Assembly: GCA_951406725.2 (NCBI GenBank)
Contig: OX597825.1
Coordinates: 40,920,001 to 40,984,000, forward strand
Direction: 5' to 3'
DNA: 64,000 nucleotides
DNA from: Octopus vulgaris
Taxonomy: Eukaryota
Shown: piece after piece, positions 1-13,471 of the stretch
How the letters are laid out: every line of letters starts with the position of its first letter
How positions within the stretch are numbered: the first letter of the stretch is position 1
Made by a program: the position numbers and the translations under genes
The notes under the pieces: model-generated
Told to the model about the DNA's origin: nothing
Databases searched by the model: none
What the model saw: the letters and a program-made list of their open reading frames with translations, nothing else

Positions 1-59
1 TGTTCACCATTACAATTTAAATCTCGGAGGTAAAAATGATAACTTATAGAAATATATTG

Positions 60-291
60 GTTTCAAATGTTGACACTAGCCCAGTGATTTCGGGAGAGGG
101 AATAAGTCGATTACATCGACCCCATTGTTCAACCGATACTTTTTTAATCGACCCCATTGTTCAACCGATACTTTTTTAATCGACCCCGAAGTAATAAAAT
201 GCAAAGTCGACCTCAGCAGAAAGAAAAGACAGATGAAATGCCGCTAAGCATTTTGTCTGGTGTGCTCACGATTCTGTTAGCTTGTCACCTT
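60..291 (-). mobile_element. tRNA-derived SINE (octopus-type), with an internal ~32-bp tandem duplication
   Basis: Matches the family core (gtcgattacatcgacccc...aaagtcgacctcagcagaa) seen better preserved at 19385-19782; atcgaccccattgttcaaccgatacttttttta occurs twice. Confidence 0.75.
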
Positions 292-770
292 AGTGAATGA
301 ATAGAATTGAATGAATATTATGTGCATGCAATGCAGTTATTGATATGTAGCACTGTAAATATCTCTAGTTTTAATATGTTCTTGCATAACTGAACATTTA
401 GCTGAAGCAATAACTTTCCATATACTTATTTCCTACACGCAACATTTATTGTCTTTCCTGATTTTTACACATGTTTTTAATATATATTTTTATATTGCAA
501 CTACATTTACTGTTTTCACTTCACCAAGAAATGTGCTTTAAGAACTGAAGATTAAAACAAATTTAAATTATTCTTTTCCTAAGAAAATTGTATTAAACAG
601 ATATTTTAAGCTGAAAGGTTAAAACTGAATACGTTTGTTAATAATGAGGAAGGTTAATTTTCACTTGGATTGGTATCATTTGTTTGCACTAATCACTGTG
701 TATTGCTGGTGTTTTTTTTTACTGCTCCAAGAATAATCAAGGGAAAGTTGACTTTCAGAATGATTTGGAC

Positions 771-948
771 TGGGAACACATAATACGACTACAGTATTTA
801 GTGCTTCTCTTTTGAATTATCTATTTATACACCCTGTGAATTATGGATTCTTATTGGGAACATATAATACGACTACAGTATTTAGTGCTTCTCTTTTGAA
901 TTATCTATTTATACACCCTGTGAATTATGGATTCTTATTGGGAACATA
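771..948. repeat. 84-bp tandem duplication
   Basis: taatacgactacagtatttagtgcttctc...gattcttattgggaacata starts at 781 and again at 865, essentially identical. Confidence 0.9.
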
Positions 949-1179
949 ACATAACTAAAATTTTAATAGAAGAGAATGAAAACGGGTGATATTAAAATTA
1001 AAGTTTACTTTTTTTCTAACACTTGGGAGAGTGTGTGAAACATCACAGAATCTGCTAATAAATGTAGGGCAAACAGATGGTGACTTCTTTCAACATTACT
1101 ACCTGGTAATCTATGTGCTTCTTTGTCTTTTCATCCATCACACTTTCAAATCAAGATGAGTTTGAAATAATTTATAATA

Positions 1180-2742
1180 TATTTTTAACAAAATTGTATA
1201 AAATTATTTTACTTTTTACAGTTTGTGTGGAATATTTTTTCTTTCGAATGACATAGGCGTTATATATATTTCTACAATTCGAATAATTTTAATGCGCAAT
1301 TAACTCAAAGGATAAGAAATTGTCGGCAAAATCAGTTTAAGACCGTACCAAGATTATGCAAATTAATAAACCAAATATGTGGTCATATGGCTGGCCGTAC
1401 TGCGCTGTTATGTTTAATAATCGAGCATTGGTGCACATTAATTCGCTAGTAGTATCAGTCAGTTACTTGATCAAAAATCGTGTTGCTTCATCAGCAAAAT
1501 GTGTCTTACGTGAACATTTGCAGACAATTTGGATGCAGCAAAACGGTTTGTGTTCAAACATGAAAGCTTTACCAAGCCACTAGCCAATGCGAAGATCGGC
1601 AAAGAACAGGCGCTCCGAGATAAACAACAATATAGAGATGGATCGGCGAATTCATAGGCTCACTGAAGGCAACAAAATGCTAACAGCAGTGGACATTTGC
1701 AAGCAATTATCTGATGAAACTAACATCAGCTTCACACCACAATCTGTTACAAACCGCCTAAAAGAATTTAGACTGTTCGGCCGGATCGCTCGAAAGAAGC
1801 CGATATTTTCTGAGACGAATCGGCGAAAGCAGATCAAGTTTTCAGAAAGCCACATTGAATGGACGGCCGAAGACTGGTCAAAAGTTCTTTGGAGAGACGA
1901 ATCCCGCTTCTACATCTTTGATCAGACGGAAAGACTTATGTTAGACGCCGTCCAACTGAAGATTTCCATCCTAAGTTTATCAAGAAAACGGCGCAAGCAG
2001 GAGGTAAGGGGTAATGGTGTGGGCTGCATTCAGAAGCTTAGGTGTTGGTCCAGTTGTTAAGCTTGATGACAGGCTAAACAGTGTAGACTATTTGCAATTA
2101 GTAAATGAAAATGTGCTGCGGTATTTAAATAATTAGACGTCACTGGGATCTATTTTCCAGCAGGCCATTTGCCCCCTTCATATGACGCGGTAAGTTTTGC
2201 AATATTTGGGGCACAATCATATGGTGGTTATTGAATGGCCTCCACAGAGCCGGGATTTGAATCTGAAAGAAAATTTATGGAATTATATTTCTAAAAGAGT
2301 TCATGATAAAAAAGCAACAAATTTGTCCCAATTATTTATTTTTATTGAAGAAATATGGCAGAAACTTCCAAGTGATTTTGTGCTCAATTGTCGAACTCCA
2401 GGTCCCACCGTTATAAGGCTGTAATTGAAAATAATTGCTATGGAACTAAATTCTAATAATAAATTTTTGTTCGTTGATCATTTGTGCCATACATTTTCAA
2501 TTTAAACAAAATAATGTTGGTACCGTCTTAAACTTATTTTGCCGACAATTTCTAATCATTTGAATTAATTGCGCATTAAAATTATTCAATTTGTGGAAAA
2601 CATATAACGCCAAAATCATTTGAAAGAGAAAAAAATTTACATAAACTGTAAAAGGTAAAATAATTTTATACAGTTTTGTTAAAATTAAATTAATGAATGA
2701 ATAGAACTGTCATCATCGGTCTTAAACTGATTTTGGTCAGTG
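1180..2742 (+). mobile_element. Decayed Tc1 (DD34E) transposon with long IR/DR-type TIRs; outer part of the left TIR lost
   Basis: 1180-1356 is the inverted copy of ~2511-2685. The right TIR carries two direct repeats (gtcttaaactNatttt) and ends cagtg followed by TA at 2743-2744. Confidence 0.85.
1587..2456 (+). pseudogene. Tc1 transposase pseudogene
   Basis: Motifs GRIARKKP, WSKVLWRDES, FQQA(D lost)-34 aa-E in WPPQSRDLNLKENLW; frameshifts and stops. Confidence 0.9.
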
Positions 2743-5700
2743 TATGTATGCCGTGGCGGGATTTGAATTCAGAAGGCAAAGAGACAGAACAAATAGCGTC
2801 AGGCGCATGATTCAATATTTTTTTCAGTTCCACAAATCCATCTTCCTATATTGATACTTTCTAATCTATCCTAATGAAAAATTGACTTCGGCAAATTTTG
2901 AATTCAGAGGGGAGGAAGCTGAAACAATATTGCATGGCATTCTGTCCAATGCTCTAGCGCCACCACCAAGTTACCGTCTACATAAACAGAAAAAAAAAAA
3001 CTATTTAACTCAATTTATTCATGTCGCATATGCAAGGTAATGAACGATAATGATTGTTTACATTTGCTCATGCATTCCTTTCCGAAAGGTATGGGAGTAA
3101 AAGAAGGAAGAGAAAGGTATAAAGAACGACAGATTTACCAAACCCTCAGTCGATAAAAGAGTTACTTCTGCTAAAACATATTTCAGCTTATTGTGTGCAG
3201 CTCCTTCTGGCACTTGGAACTACTAATTTTTGAGGGGACTAAACAATTTCACGGAATCTTCTGTCAGTAAAACTGTCGATTTTGTTGTTTAAATGGTTAA
3301 TATATTGCTTTCCACTTAGATATTTATCGACATACAGCTATATGACGATTCAAATTTCTATGATTTACCCCTTCAGGAAATGAAGAGATAAAAGTTATAA
3401 GTTTATAATTCTCTCAAAGATTCTTTGTATTTAAACTGAATATATCTTACATTAAATGGATCATCTTAAATGGACAAATAAATTAGCTTTAGATTCTTTT
3501 GCCTTTTTAGTCGTCAGCGAAGTGATGGGTATCAAACTAATATTTCTAATATAGTATGTTGGCAAACGGTGAAGGGATAGATTCAATACTGCCACTTGAC
3601 TTCTTAGAATGTAGCAGCCAAAACTCCGTCAAATCAGGAGCTACAGACTTAAATAGGGAAAGCATATATTTATTAATGTATTTCTACATATATAATATAT
3701 AAATATAATATATAAAATATATAAATAGCTATGCGGATTATTTTCCTCATAGATCATGGCGGATGTGGGACTAAAAGAGTAAATAATATTGTATACTGGG
3801 TCAATAGAATGACTGAACAAAATGACTGACTGCATTTAGCTACTTCTCTTCAAACTCTAAGTTTAGTTCTGCCAGAGATGAATAATAGTAGCACCAATAC
3901 TGTGCTGGAGTAGTTTGACTCAGCTTAAAAATGTTCTGGGAAAATGGTTTGGTCTAATATTGAAATGAGAAATTAATACAAAATTGAGCAAACTTCTTGA
4001 TAGTCGGGTCAGTGTTTTATTTCCTAGTTGAGTCTGATTTATTTGTGGCACAAATTCCCTCAATATAGTCATGAATATTATAATGTCCTATTTCTTCATG
4101 CCCTCAAAAGTTTAAGATATTGAACCTGTGTAAAATAAAAGTGTAAAAGGAATTATTTTAAAATAGGCATAACACGCTTTATCATAAGCTGAGGAAATTT
4201 AAATAACAGGATCAACTCCAGGTTGTATTAGTTCTTCTGATTCTATCTTTGATATTCTAAAACTGAAATTCATAAGTTTTCAATAGATAACTATGAAACA
4301 CAAATTCAATATATATAAAGCATCTAAATCTGTAATTGACAGCTTTCTGTCATAGTCGTAAAAGTAGGTAAGGAAAGGAAAACTTTAAGTCAAGTGTTAT
4401 TACATTAGTAAAGTAGTAATGACAATTTCTAGACGATTTTGGTTTACGTAATTGTAACTGTTGAAGTTGTATATTCATATATTTGTTTTTGTATTTATGG
4501 GAATCATACATTTTACTTACAAACTCTTTTTTCTCTCATTACTGCAATATTTTAAAACTTGACCTTTTTGAAAATACCACAAGTTCAAACTACATTTTAG
4601 AGAAATAACTTCCACTCTTTGATTTTGAATATCAGTTGTAACAATTTCATTTCTGATACGTACATGTTATCTATAAGAAAGTCAAGTTCTGTTGATTATT
4701 CCCTTCAATCGTTAATGTTGATTATATTTGATTGATAATCTTTGTTAAAATTAATAATCAAACACAAGCATTTTAAATTTTATTTTATTTTATTATTTTC
4801 ACCCTTCTGTGAAAAATATATACATAGTCAGTTAGTTTGCTTTCATAATTCAAAATCAAATGAATTGTTCAATATTCCTTTAAAGATGATTTTATAAATG
4901 CTTGTGGAAATAAGTATTTGTGGACTTTTGTACATTTTCATCTATGAAGATAAATATTTGTGAATTTCTCATTTGTAGAAATAATACTAGTGGACTTTTA
5001 AAATTCAATCTCGTTTTCAAACTGTAATGAAGTGCATGATGTCTAAATGTATTTTAGGATGGTTATCCATAAGTATTGTTTCAGCAAATGTCATATTTTC
5101 AGCTCAAATTCATGAATATGGTTGACCCATAAAAAAGTATTATATATGGAAGCAGATAATATTCATGTGAGCAAACAAACTTTGTAGTAATAGCTTTGAG
5201 TCTCTGGTGTATACAAATAATACATCTACACGTATCATTGCACAGTTTTTCCTGGACAAAAATACAACAATTTCAGTTAGCTGTTTGTTGTTCTGTTAAA
5301 TATCATTGCTGATAAATACAAAGGGATATTTGTTGGTTAATGATGCATCAAAGACACAAGCTATAATTGGTCTGCCTTGTTTAGTTCCTTTGATCTGTTT
5401 CAATTACTGTACATACTAATGTATCAATTATTTGATTATGGCTGATGAGCACCTTTTATATCCAACATTCAGTGAAGCAATGAAATTAAAATAAAGATTA
5501 CTATTTTCCAGAAAATATATATAATATAAAGAAAGCAATGACTCGTAAACTCCCCTTGTTCCTTATTAATTCTAAAACAATATCAAGATGTATTTTATTC
5601 TGTCTGTGAAAACCAATATATATTTTGTGTTGTCTCTTTTAGTAATTATGGCAGCTACTAATGATGCCATTCGTTGAACTAGTCAAAATAGCCTCAACTA

Positions 5701-6027
5701 GTGAGTTAAAAGAAGGCAAGTTTACAGATCAAACATTCAGTAGTTTATACTATTACTGGAAGCTTTTGAAATTCAATACTATACACTCCAGCTAACCACA
5801 GTAAGTATCCCGTGACTACACAGTACTTCTCTGAAAGCAACTGTGGTTATTATATAATTATCAATTATTTTTATAGTCTACAATTATTACAGTAAATACT
5901 TCTTCTGAACAGGAGAAGGTGACAGAAAACGACTTTTTCATGGATTCCATGGTTGTGGACATGTGCTATTAATCATCCAGTGAATAACTACTTAGATTAT
6001 TTTTTTTATTTGGGACATATTAATAAC

Positions 6028-6240
6028 GGTTTCAAGTTTAAGCAGAAGGCCAGCAACTCCGGGGAGGGGTTAGATCGATTACATTGACCCTAGTGCTCAA
6101 TTGGTACTAATTTTATTGATCCTGAAAGGATGAAAAGCAAGGTCAACTTCGGCAGAATTTGAACTCAAAATGTAAAAGCAGATCAAATACCACTAAGCAG
6201 TTTGCCTGGTGTGCAAACAATTCTGCCAGCTAGCCTTCCT
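6028..6240 (-). mobile_element. tRNA-derived SINE
   Basis: Reverse complement of the SINE head (gctggcagaattgtt...gagttcaaattctgccgaagttgac, B-box-like) and core cttttcatcctttcagg. Confidence 0.8.
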
Positions 6241-6279
6241 TGGAATTATTAACATTATAACTGCTTTTTTTAAGATGCC

Positions 6280-6517
6280 TAGCTGCCAGGGTAAATGCTT
6301 AGTGGCTCTTCCTCCATTTTCATGTTCTGAGTTCAAATTTCGACGAGGTTGACTTTGTCTTTCTTTATTTCAGGGTTGATAAAATAAGTATCAGATGGAC
6401 ACTGAGGTTGATGTAATCAACTGTCCCCTCCCCTGAAATTTTGACTAAAACCCCTCAAGGCAATGCTCCAGCATAGCCACAGTCAAATGACTGAAACAAG
6501 TATAAGAATCAAAGAAT
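6280..6517 (+). mobile_element. tRNA-derived SINE, divergent from the previous copy
   Basis: ctgagttcaaatttcgacgaggttgactttg core and family 3' tail ctccagcatagccacagtcaaatgactgaaacaag. Confidence 0.8.
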
Positions 6518-6524
6518 ATCGTTA

Positions 6525-7116
6525 TTGATTCGGCACCATGCTAATTAAAATTCTGCAAGTTTCTTACAGAAGCCTAGCTCATTCAGGCTCAGATTACCAA
6601 ATGAGGAGATACAGGAAATCCAAGATGATTACTGGAAACTGGGCTGCAATTCATCAAGGTGGATTACATGGAGTTAGATGTGAAATCCCTATTTCAAAGA
6701 CACCAGATATATTAGCAGGAAATTCTTGGACCACATAACGGGACAGGAAGTGGGTGGAACCTCGATCTCTGGCTAGCCTTCGAAGGTACTTGAAAGCTAA
6801 CAGAAACATGGTCGATAAGTGTGTGTGCCAGATGTATGATTGCATGGATGTGGTGTCTGGCGCCTGATGTGTGACAGTGCCACTAGCTTTCTTTCTAGCT
6901 ACATGGTTCAATATTTTTTTGCTAATGCAGTTAGTATCACCGAAATGCTGATCTAACTCATTAAAACATCATATCACTCACTTTGACAAATAGCAGTTCA
7001 GTTTTCAGTAGCCATCCTAGATTTCTTATCTCTCTTCATTCGGTCATCTGATCCTGAATGTGCTAGGTTGTCTGTAAGAAACCTACAAGACTTTAAGTAG
7101 CATGGAGCTGAATCAA
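6525..7116. mobile_element. MITE-like element with ~135-bp diverged terminal inverted repeats
   Basis: ttgattcggcaccatgcta... versus ...tagcatggagctgaatcaa; opposite-strand ORFs share LAHSGSD..M.R..KS.M.T.N. Confidence 0.75.
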
Positions 7117-7194
7117 ACTGTTTTAAATAATAATACATGCAACTCTGTCGAAATGTGCTGAATGCCGTTTTTCTTTTGTTTGCCCACTCATTCA

Positions 7195-7209
7195 TGCACA
7201 CACACACAT

Positions 7210-7249
<40 letters not shown>

Positions 7250-8152
7250 GCATGTATGAATTCATGAATGAGTGGGCTAACAAAGGAAAAAGGCACTCAA
7301 AACATTTATATGCCTGTTTGTGTGTGAAGAGAGAAAGAAAGAAAGAAAGGAAGCGAGAGAGATGGATGAATACATAAAGAGAAGGAGAGAGTTATTGCTC
7401 GAATTCATTTTATTTCTTAAGACAGTTTAATAGATGCCAAAAAATATTTTACTAGTAGTTGCAATCAGCATGCAGCCTCTATTTGAATATTTAAAAATAC
7501 GCAATTCATTTACATTCTGCTGGCAAGAACAATTCGTGGGAAGAGTAGAAAAATTCAAAAAAGGAAGGAAGAACACATATATGAAAGGTGTTTAACGTTT
7601 GAAAAATAAATAGCAAGCAGTTTGTACATTTAGAAAGGCAAAGAAAGAAAATAAAAATAAATTACATGACAATACGCACAAATACACAGAAATGTATTTA
7701 TTTGTGTGTATGTTATGAATGTATGTGTGTGTGAATGCGTGTGCGTATATATAACTACACACACATATATACATATATATGTAGATAGATATGCATGTAA
7801 GCTCACATACTCATATGTATACACACACATATATATATAATATATATGTATATACATATATAAATATACACATATATATACACATACATTCAAACATGTA
7901 TATATGTAGTTATGATTGTGTTTTGTTTCACTAGGTGGATGTACAGTCGAACTGCTTTTTCTGTATGTTTGTAGAAGAAACTGTAAATGAACTAAGAAAA
8001 TATTTCACTGTTCAAACGTAGATTCTAAGTTGACTTGGTTTGAAAGTAATTGAGTGTGTTTAGGAAGCACAGATGAAAAAGGATGAAATAGAATGTATTT
8101 CTCACCCTTTTTTAGCTATAAGATATCAGAGGGAAATAATGAAAAAGAAAAA

Positions 8153-8184
<32 letters not shown>

Positions 8185-8343
8185 AGGATAATGAATCAAA
8201 AACTGAATTGCAATTTGAAACAAAAGCTTTATAGGCAACACATACATATGTACATATTATACATATATATATATACATACATATGTATATGTATGTATAT
8301 ATATATGTGTGTATATATACGTGTGTGTTTGTATTTCGCTCCT

Positions 8344-8412
<69 letters not shown>
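7195..8412. repeat. Compound microsatellite region (CA)n/(TA)n/(ATG)n/(CT)n
   Basis: Directly visible; explains the YIYI/CVCV/HTHT ORFs. Confidence 0.9.
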
Positions 8413-8414
<2 letters not shown>

Positions 8415-8599
8415 TGGGGGAGAGACAGAGAGGAGAGATTTTGACTTTAGGAATGCATGAAATGAAACTCAATACGCAAGGCAGAATATTATATTTACAC
8501 TTTATATATAATCTGAAAGGGCTTAGCCTTCTGTTATTAAATCCATTACTAAGCTTGACAGAATTTATGCATTTACGCATTTGCACTAATATATTATCC

Positions 8600-9030
8600 A
8601 TCCATCTTCTCTACCCACTATTCCTGGGAGGGTTGTGGGTGTGTAGAGTCCTCAGGTACCTCATCCTTAACATCCTATCATTCCAGTTTCCTGCTAGATT
8701 CTGAACATTGGCAGACTGAGACAATGGATATTATCCAACCATCTCTTTTTCATTTGTCCTTGATTCTCCTACCACTTGGTATGGCTTAAAGAATCTGTCT
8801 TGCGGTCATTTCCAGCAGCATTCTAACTACATGTTTGTAGTACGAAAGTTGTGACTTTTCAATGCAGAGAAATAGATGCTCAAACTGGAGAGGTTTCCTG
8901 ACCTCTAAGCTATATACCTTCTCAAGTAACATTATACTAGAGATACTTCACAGGAACCTCATTTTAGCCACTTATATTTATGATCGTATTCCTTTAGTTA
9001 TTACCCACCATCAATGACCAAATGTGAGGA
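8600..9030 (-). mobile_element. RTE-like LINE 3' fragment, degraded
   Basis: Minus strand encodes AKMRFL and PSGRR..G..KRWLDNI-like motifs typical of the RTE RT C-terminus. Confidence 0.55.
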
Positions 9031-9479
9031 TAGACATGAAACAGAATTTAATGAGTGAGGCTTTCATCAACTGTTGAGCCAAGTAACAGCATGAAGTCAG
9101 TAAATATTATCCAACGAATCCTACACCAACCGATTGTAAAACGACTTCCAAAACAGCAGCGCGTGTCAATCCAGTTCATGAAAATTATTAAAAGAGATGA
9201 CAGTAAGTACTCCTGCCAAAGTCCAACATACGTATAAGAAGGTTTTTATGCAGCACCATTTACCCAAAAGCTATAACTTTATGCATACAATATGTATCTG
9301 TGATTGCATGTGCGTGGGTTTGTGTTTATGTGCACATGGCTGTGTGTATATGTATGTACACACATATGTACATGTATACATATATACATATATATATATA
9401 TACATATGTACATGTGTGTGTGTGTATGAGTTGTTTGATGTATCGATGTGATCGTATAGCAGTGCAGATACTGCATGCA

Positions 9480-10860
9480 CTGAGATCCCATGATGTTCCC
9501 ATCCCATGATGTTGGCTGTGATGGTAACATTCTTGATAAATTTCGGAAAAATCTTAATGATATATTTAGTCAATTAAGCCTCAAAATCAATGTTACTACT
9601 AATCTGTCTAAAGCTGATTTTCTAGATGATTCCATAGACTTAAACTACTGCTCTAATAAGCCGTATCATGAAGCAAATGGGCTCTTATACATGCATAAAC
9701 AGTCCTATAAAATCCCTATAGTCTTTAAAAATTTTATAGCTAACATTAGTAATAGGCACTATAATGATACCCTGGCTATAATGATGTCCTAGCTAACAGA
9801 GGCTTCAATGATAAAATATATTATAACTCTTTAAGTAAAAGTATGAATCATAAAAAGAGACCAAAATTTAGACCTAAGAAAATAATTTGGCTCGCCCCTC
9901 CATTTTCCCTTAATGTTAAGATTATGGCAGGTAAGAAATGCCTTTATCTATTCGATAAATATGTTCCAATATATAATAAATACAGGAAAATATTTAAATG
10001 ACGTTCTATAAGAATATCGTGCAGCAGCTGCACCAATACGAAGAACATTATAACTCGCAAAAATCACCAACAGACCACACTCAGTTGTTACTGTCGAGAC
10101 GCCGAAGCTTTCACACTTGACCAAGTGATTATGATAAACTCCAACATATGTGAAATTATAGCTATGCTCCAAAACAAATCAATTGAAAAGAATTACATCG
10201 GGTTACGTGACGGCGAATTAAAGAGACATTATGCCAATTACATATCTCCTTTCCGTCACATCGATAAAAGTAATGCAACTAATTTGGTTAGTCACATATG
10301 GAATTTGAAGAGGAGCTCCACACCATATGCAATTAAGTGGGGGATAGTGGAGAAATTCAAGCCATATGTTAATGGATCTAAGAAATGCTACCTATGCATA
10401 GCAGAAAGATCTCATATTCTTATTCGATCCAGCTGTTCCAACACATTACCTAATTTGAGATTTGAAATTTTAGCAGGTGTAGACACATAGACAGGTTTCT
10501 TTTATTGAATTGGAGGACACCAACCGCTCACAATTGAGGTGCTGTCTCGCAGATTTGGACACATCTGTTATTTTTTCCTAAACCAGTTGTATTTAATGGG
10601 CTTTCTGCATTTAGGGAGGACAAGATCGTAGTTCTTGATTTTATTTCTTTTTTTCTCGTTCCATTTTTTGTACCGACACTTTTTTCCACATTTTTTCTTA
10701 TTTTCATATTGTCCATCGCCCATGTTTTTAAAAATTACATATAACACATAAACAGAGCCTGACAGATTGCTTTAAGATACGTGGCGCATTTTATAAATAT
10801 GCCTGTTCAAGTATCATAATAGCATTAGTTCTTACAGTTGTGTATTTAATTTGACGCTTG
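9480..10860 (+). mobile_element. 5'-truncated Penelope-like element (RT thumb + C-terminal GIY-YIG), probably Hydra clade
   Basis: DFLDDSIDL..KPY; KIIWLAPPFSLNVK; CYCR linker; NYIGL..GELKRHYANY..TNLVSHIWNLK..IKWGIV..KKCYLCIAE; multiple frameshifts. Confidence 0.85.
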
Positions 10861-11039
10861 TAAGTATATATACATATACATGTATAACTTTAGCTCAGTT
10901 CAACTGTCTGGGACATATTTTAACTTGTAAAGGCTATTACACAGCAATCTGCTGTGGAGAAAAGATTCTCAATTTATGTAAAAAAAAAAAAGGTGCAAAA
11001 GCACCAGAGTGAACCTGACCTAAAGTTTGTTTATTTTTC

Positions 11040-11670
11040 CATCACCCTATATATCTGTAACGGTCCTCATCAGATATAGGAGAAACAGTTAAATTATTGA
11101 TGGAGATCCTGCTAGTCTGGTTTACAGTTTGTCTTTGTTCCATCACCATATACGAACATTTACCCTCACCAAACTCCAACCCTTTATCCTTTGAGAATGT
11201 TGTAACCAAGTCAGAGCTCAATTTTATCTCATGCATATTCTAGACTCACAGCTTCAAGTCATCCACAAAGAATCAGTGTGTAACTCTAATATTTCTGTCG
11301 CCCTCTGAATGAATGAGACACTATTCAGAATTCTTCAAGAGGTTTACGAAGAGGCTGCCTCCTTGGATTATACCTCTGTGATACTGTATTTTATCAATGA
11401 TAATACAATCAGTCCTTGTATTTAACTTCAAGATGGTGGCCCACAATGTAATCAGGTAAACTATGGCTTTGACTATATTCACTGAAATGTTAGCTTGTCA
11501 AAGGATTCTAGCATCCATGAGTAAAGGGATAGAGTCAAAGGCTTTCATATAGACCAGTCACGTTGAACCCATCTCTGACATTACAGTTTTGCTTACCAAC
11601 TGCTCAGCACATCTTCAAACTCCCTTCTTCCCAGTCACTTGTTCTACTGTGATTGTATTATTTTTGCAAC
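11040..11670 (-). mobile_element. Non-LTR RT fragment (R4/Dong-like)
   Basis: Minus strand: MKAFDSIP, RGIIQGGSL, FVDDLKL, TTFSKDKGLEFGEGKC, YRYIG. Confidence 0.75.
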
Positions 11671-12218
11671 GGCCTGTATGCTTGCATGCATCTATGTATG
11701 TTCTTTTCTGTTTGTAATTATTTAAATTCTTCTGTTGAAGAAGCTCGTTTCTAAGAGATACAAATCTCCATCGTTAGATTATAGATATTGAAAACAATGA
11801 AACTTTTTACACCTGGGGAAAGTATTGCAAATTTTACGATTCCACTTAAAGATTGTATTTGTAATGTGCGAATTGGCTGATGTCTTTTTCTGAAAATCCA
11901 AGCTTATCCAGTCTGACAGGCATTTACTTACGAAACATGCTCCATCGTTGGAATATAGACAAAAAACAGCAGCACATTTAAAACTTGTAAAACGTCCTGC
12001 ATAGTTTTACTGTTCCACATACAGGTTGTATTAGTGATGCGCAAATCAGTTGGTTGACTTCTTTCTCAGAAAATCTAGGCTTATCTAGACTGACAGGAAT
12101 TTACTTACAAAACATGCCCCAATTGTTATTGGTATAAACGTATGTATGGGTATAAATGTATGTAGGGATATAAATGTATGGATAGGTGGATGGGTGGGGG
12201 TCATGGACACATATTCTT

Positions 12219-13410
12219 AAGGTCAACATTTACTCACTCGCGACCATTTGTAGGCCTTGTCACTAACTCAATTTTTAACTAAATTAGATTATGCTTGCAT
12301 TTTTAGATTGGTCATATCATAAGCTAGTATTTTCAGCTACAAAATTTGAAAATTGCTTTTGTAGAAAAAAATGTTTCAGTAAAATATGTGAAGTCAAAAA
12401 CGGTAGAGTAACGCCTAAAATCAACTTAAGCCAAATATCCATTTTTAAGGAAAGCTATATTTTATTTTGGCTTATTTATATCGCTTGGGGAGTGGAATCT
12501 GCTCATGTTACTTATATGTAAACATATTCAGTAGAAAAAAGTACTGAAGTAAAAACCGGCGAAAATAAGAAGAAAATTATTCTCATTATTCCCATTTCAA
12601 AAGAAAACTATATTTAAATTCAACTTTTTTGATAGATCTCCACAAGAGGAATCCGATGATGCCAATTATATCAAAAAAATTGTTTTGATAAAAAAAAAAC
12701 TACTGCCGAAAAAAGCGATAACGTTTAAAAATCAAATTCAAAACCTGAATTTATACCTCCTGTGAAAGAAGTCATCAAGACGAGTGCGTGGTGCCAATCT
12801 TTTCGAAAAATTTCATTGAAACACGGTAAGGTCAACATTTACTCACTCACGATCATTTCTAGGCTTTGTCACTAACTCAGTTGTTAATCAAATTAGATGA
12901 TGTTTACATTTTTAGATTGGCCAGATCATAAGCTACATTTGGAGTTAAAAATTTGAAAGTTGGTTCAGTAGAGAAAAAGTTTGAGTCAAATATGTGATGT
13001 CACAAACGGGAGAATAACGCCTGAAATCCAGCCGTTAGTTATATGCAAAAATTATTCAGTAGAAAAAAGTACTGAGGTAAAAACCAGTGAACAAAATATT
13101 AACGCCTGAAATCAACTCGATCTCTAAATATTATTCTTTCAAAAGAAAACTATATTTAAGTTTAACTTTTCTGATAGATCTCGACTACAGGAATCCCATT
13201 ATGCTAATTATATTTTTAAAAAAACTAAAATAAAAAATTTCTGGAGCCAAATATACCGGAAACATTTGTAACGCCTAAAAGCGAATTCAAAACCTAAGCC
13301 TTTTGTAATTGTGTAAGGGTTTTGTTTTTATTTAGCGCATATGATAGAATTCAAAACGACGGGTATTGTGGTACCAATCTTTTTTTTAAATATTCAAAAT
13401 GTAAAAAGTT
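12219..13410. repeat. Two diverged ~609-bp tandem copies of an unclassified DNA-transposon-like repeat
   Basis: aaggtcaacatttactcactc at 12219 and 12828, with colinear similarity through gtggtRccaatctttt; a third partial copy lies at ~18020-18235. Confidence 0.8.
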
Positions 13411-13471
13411 ATTATATGAGCTAAATGTGCCAAAAGTGCGTAAAACATTTCTCAAGTAATAGCATTACTTA

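Noticed and set aside
6998-9573. Many ORFs rich in YI/CV/HT repeats (also 15732-16647, 20639-21076, 34149-34391, 38533-39201, 47078-48269)
   Set aside because: Translations of stop-poor microsatellites, not genes
10750-10790. Possible hammerhead in the tail of the plus-strand PLE (ctgacaga...gatacgt)
   Set aside because: Both core boxes are altered and there is no convincing stem II
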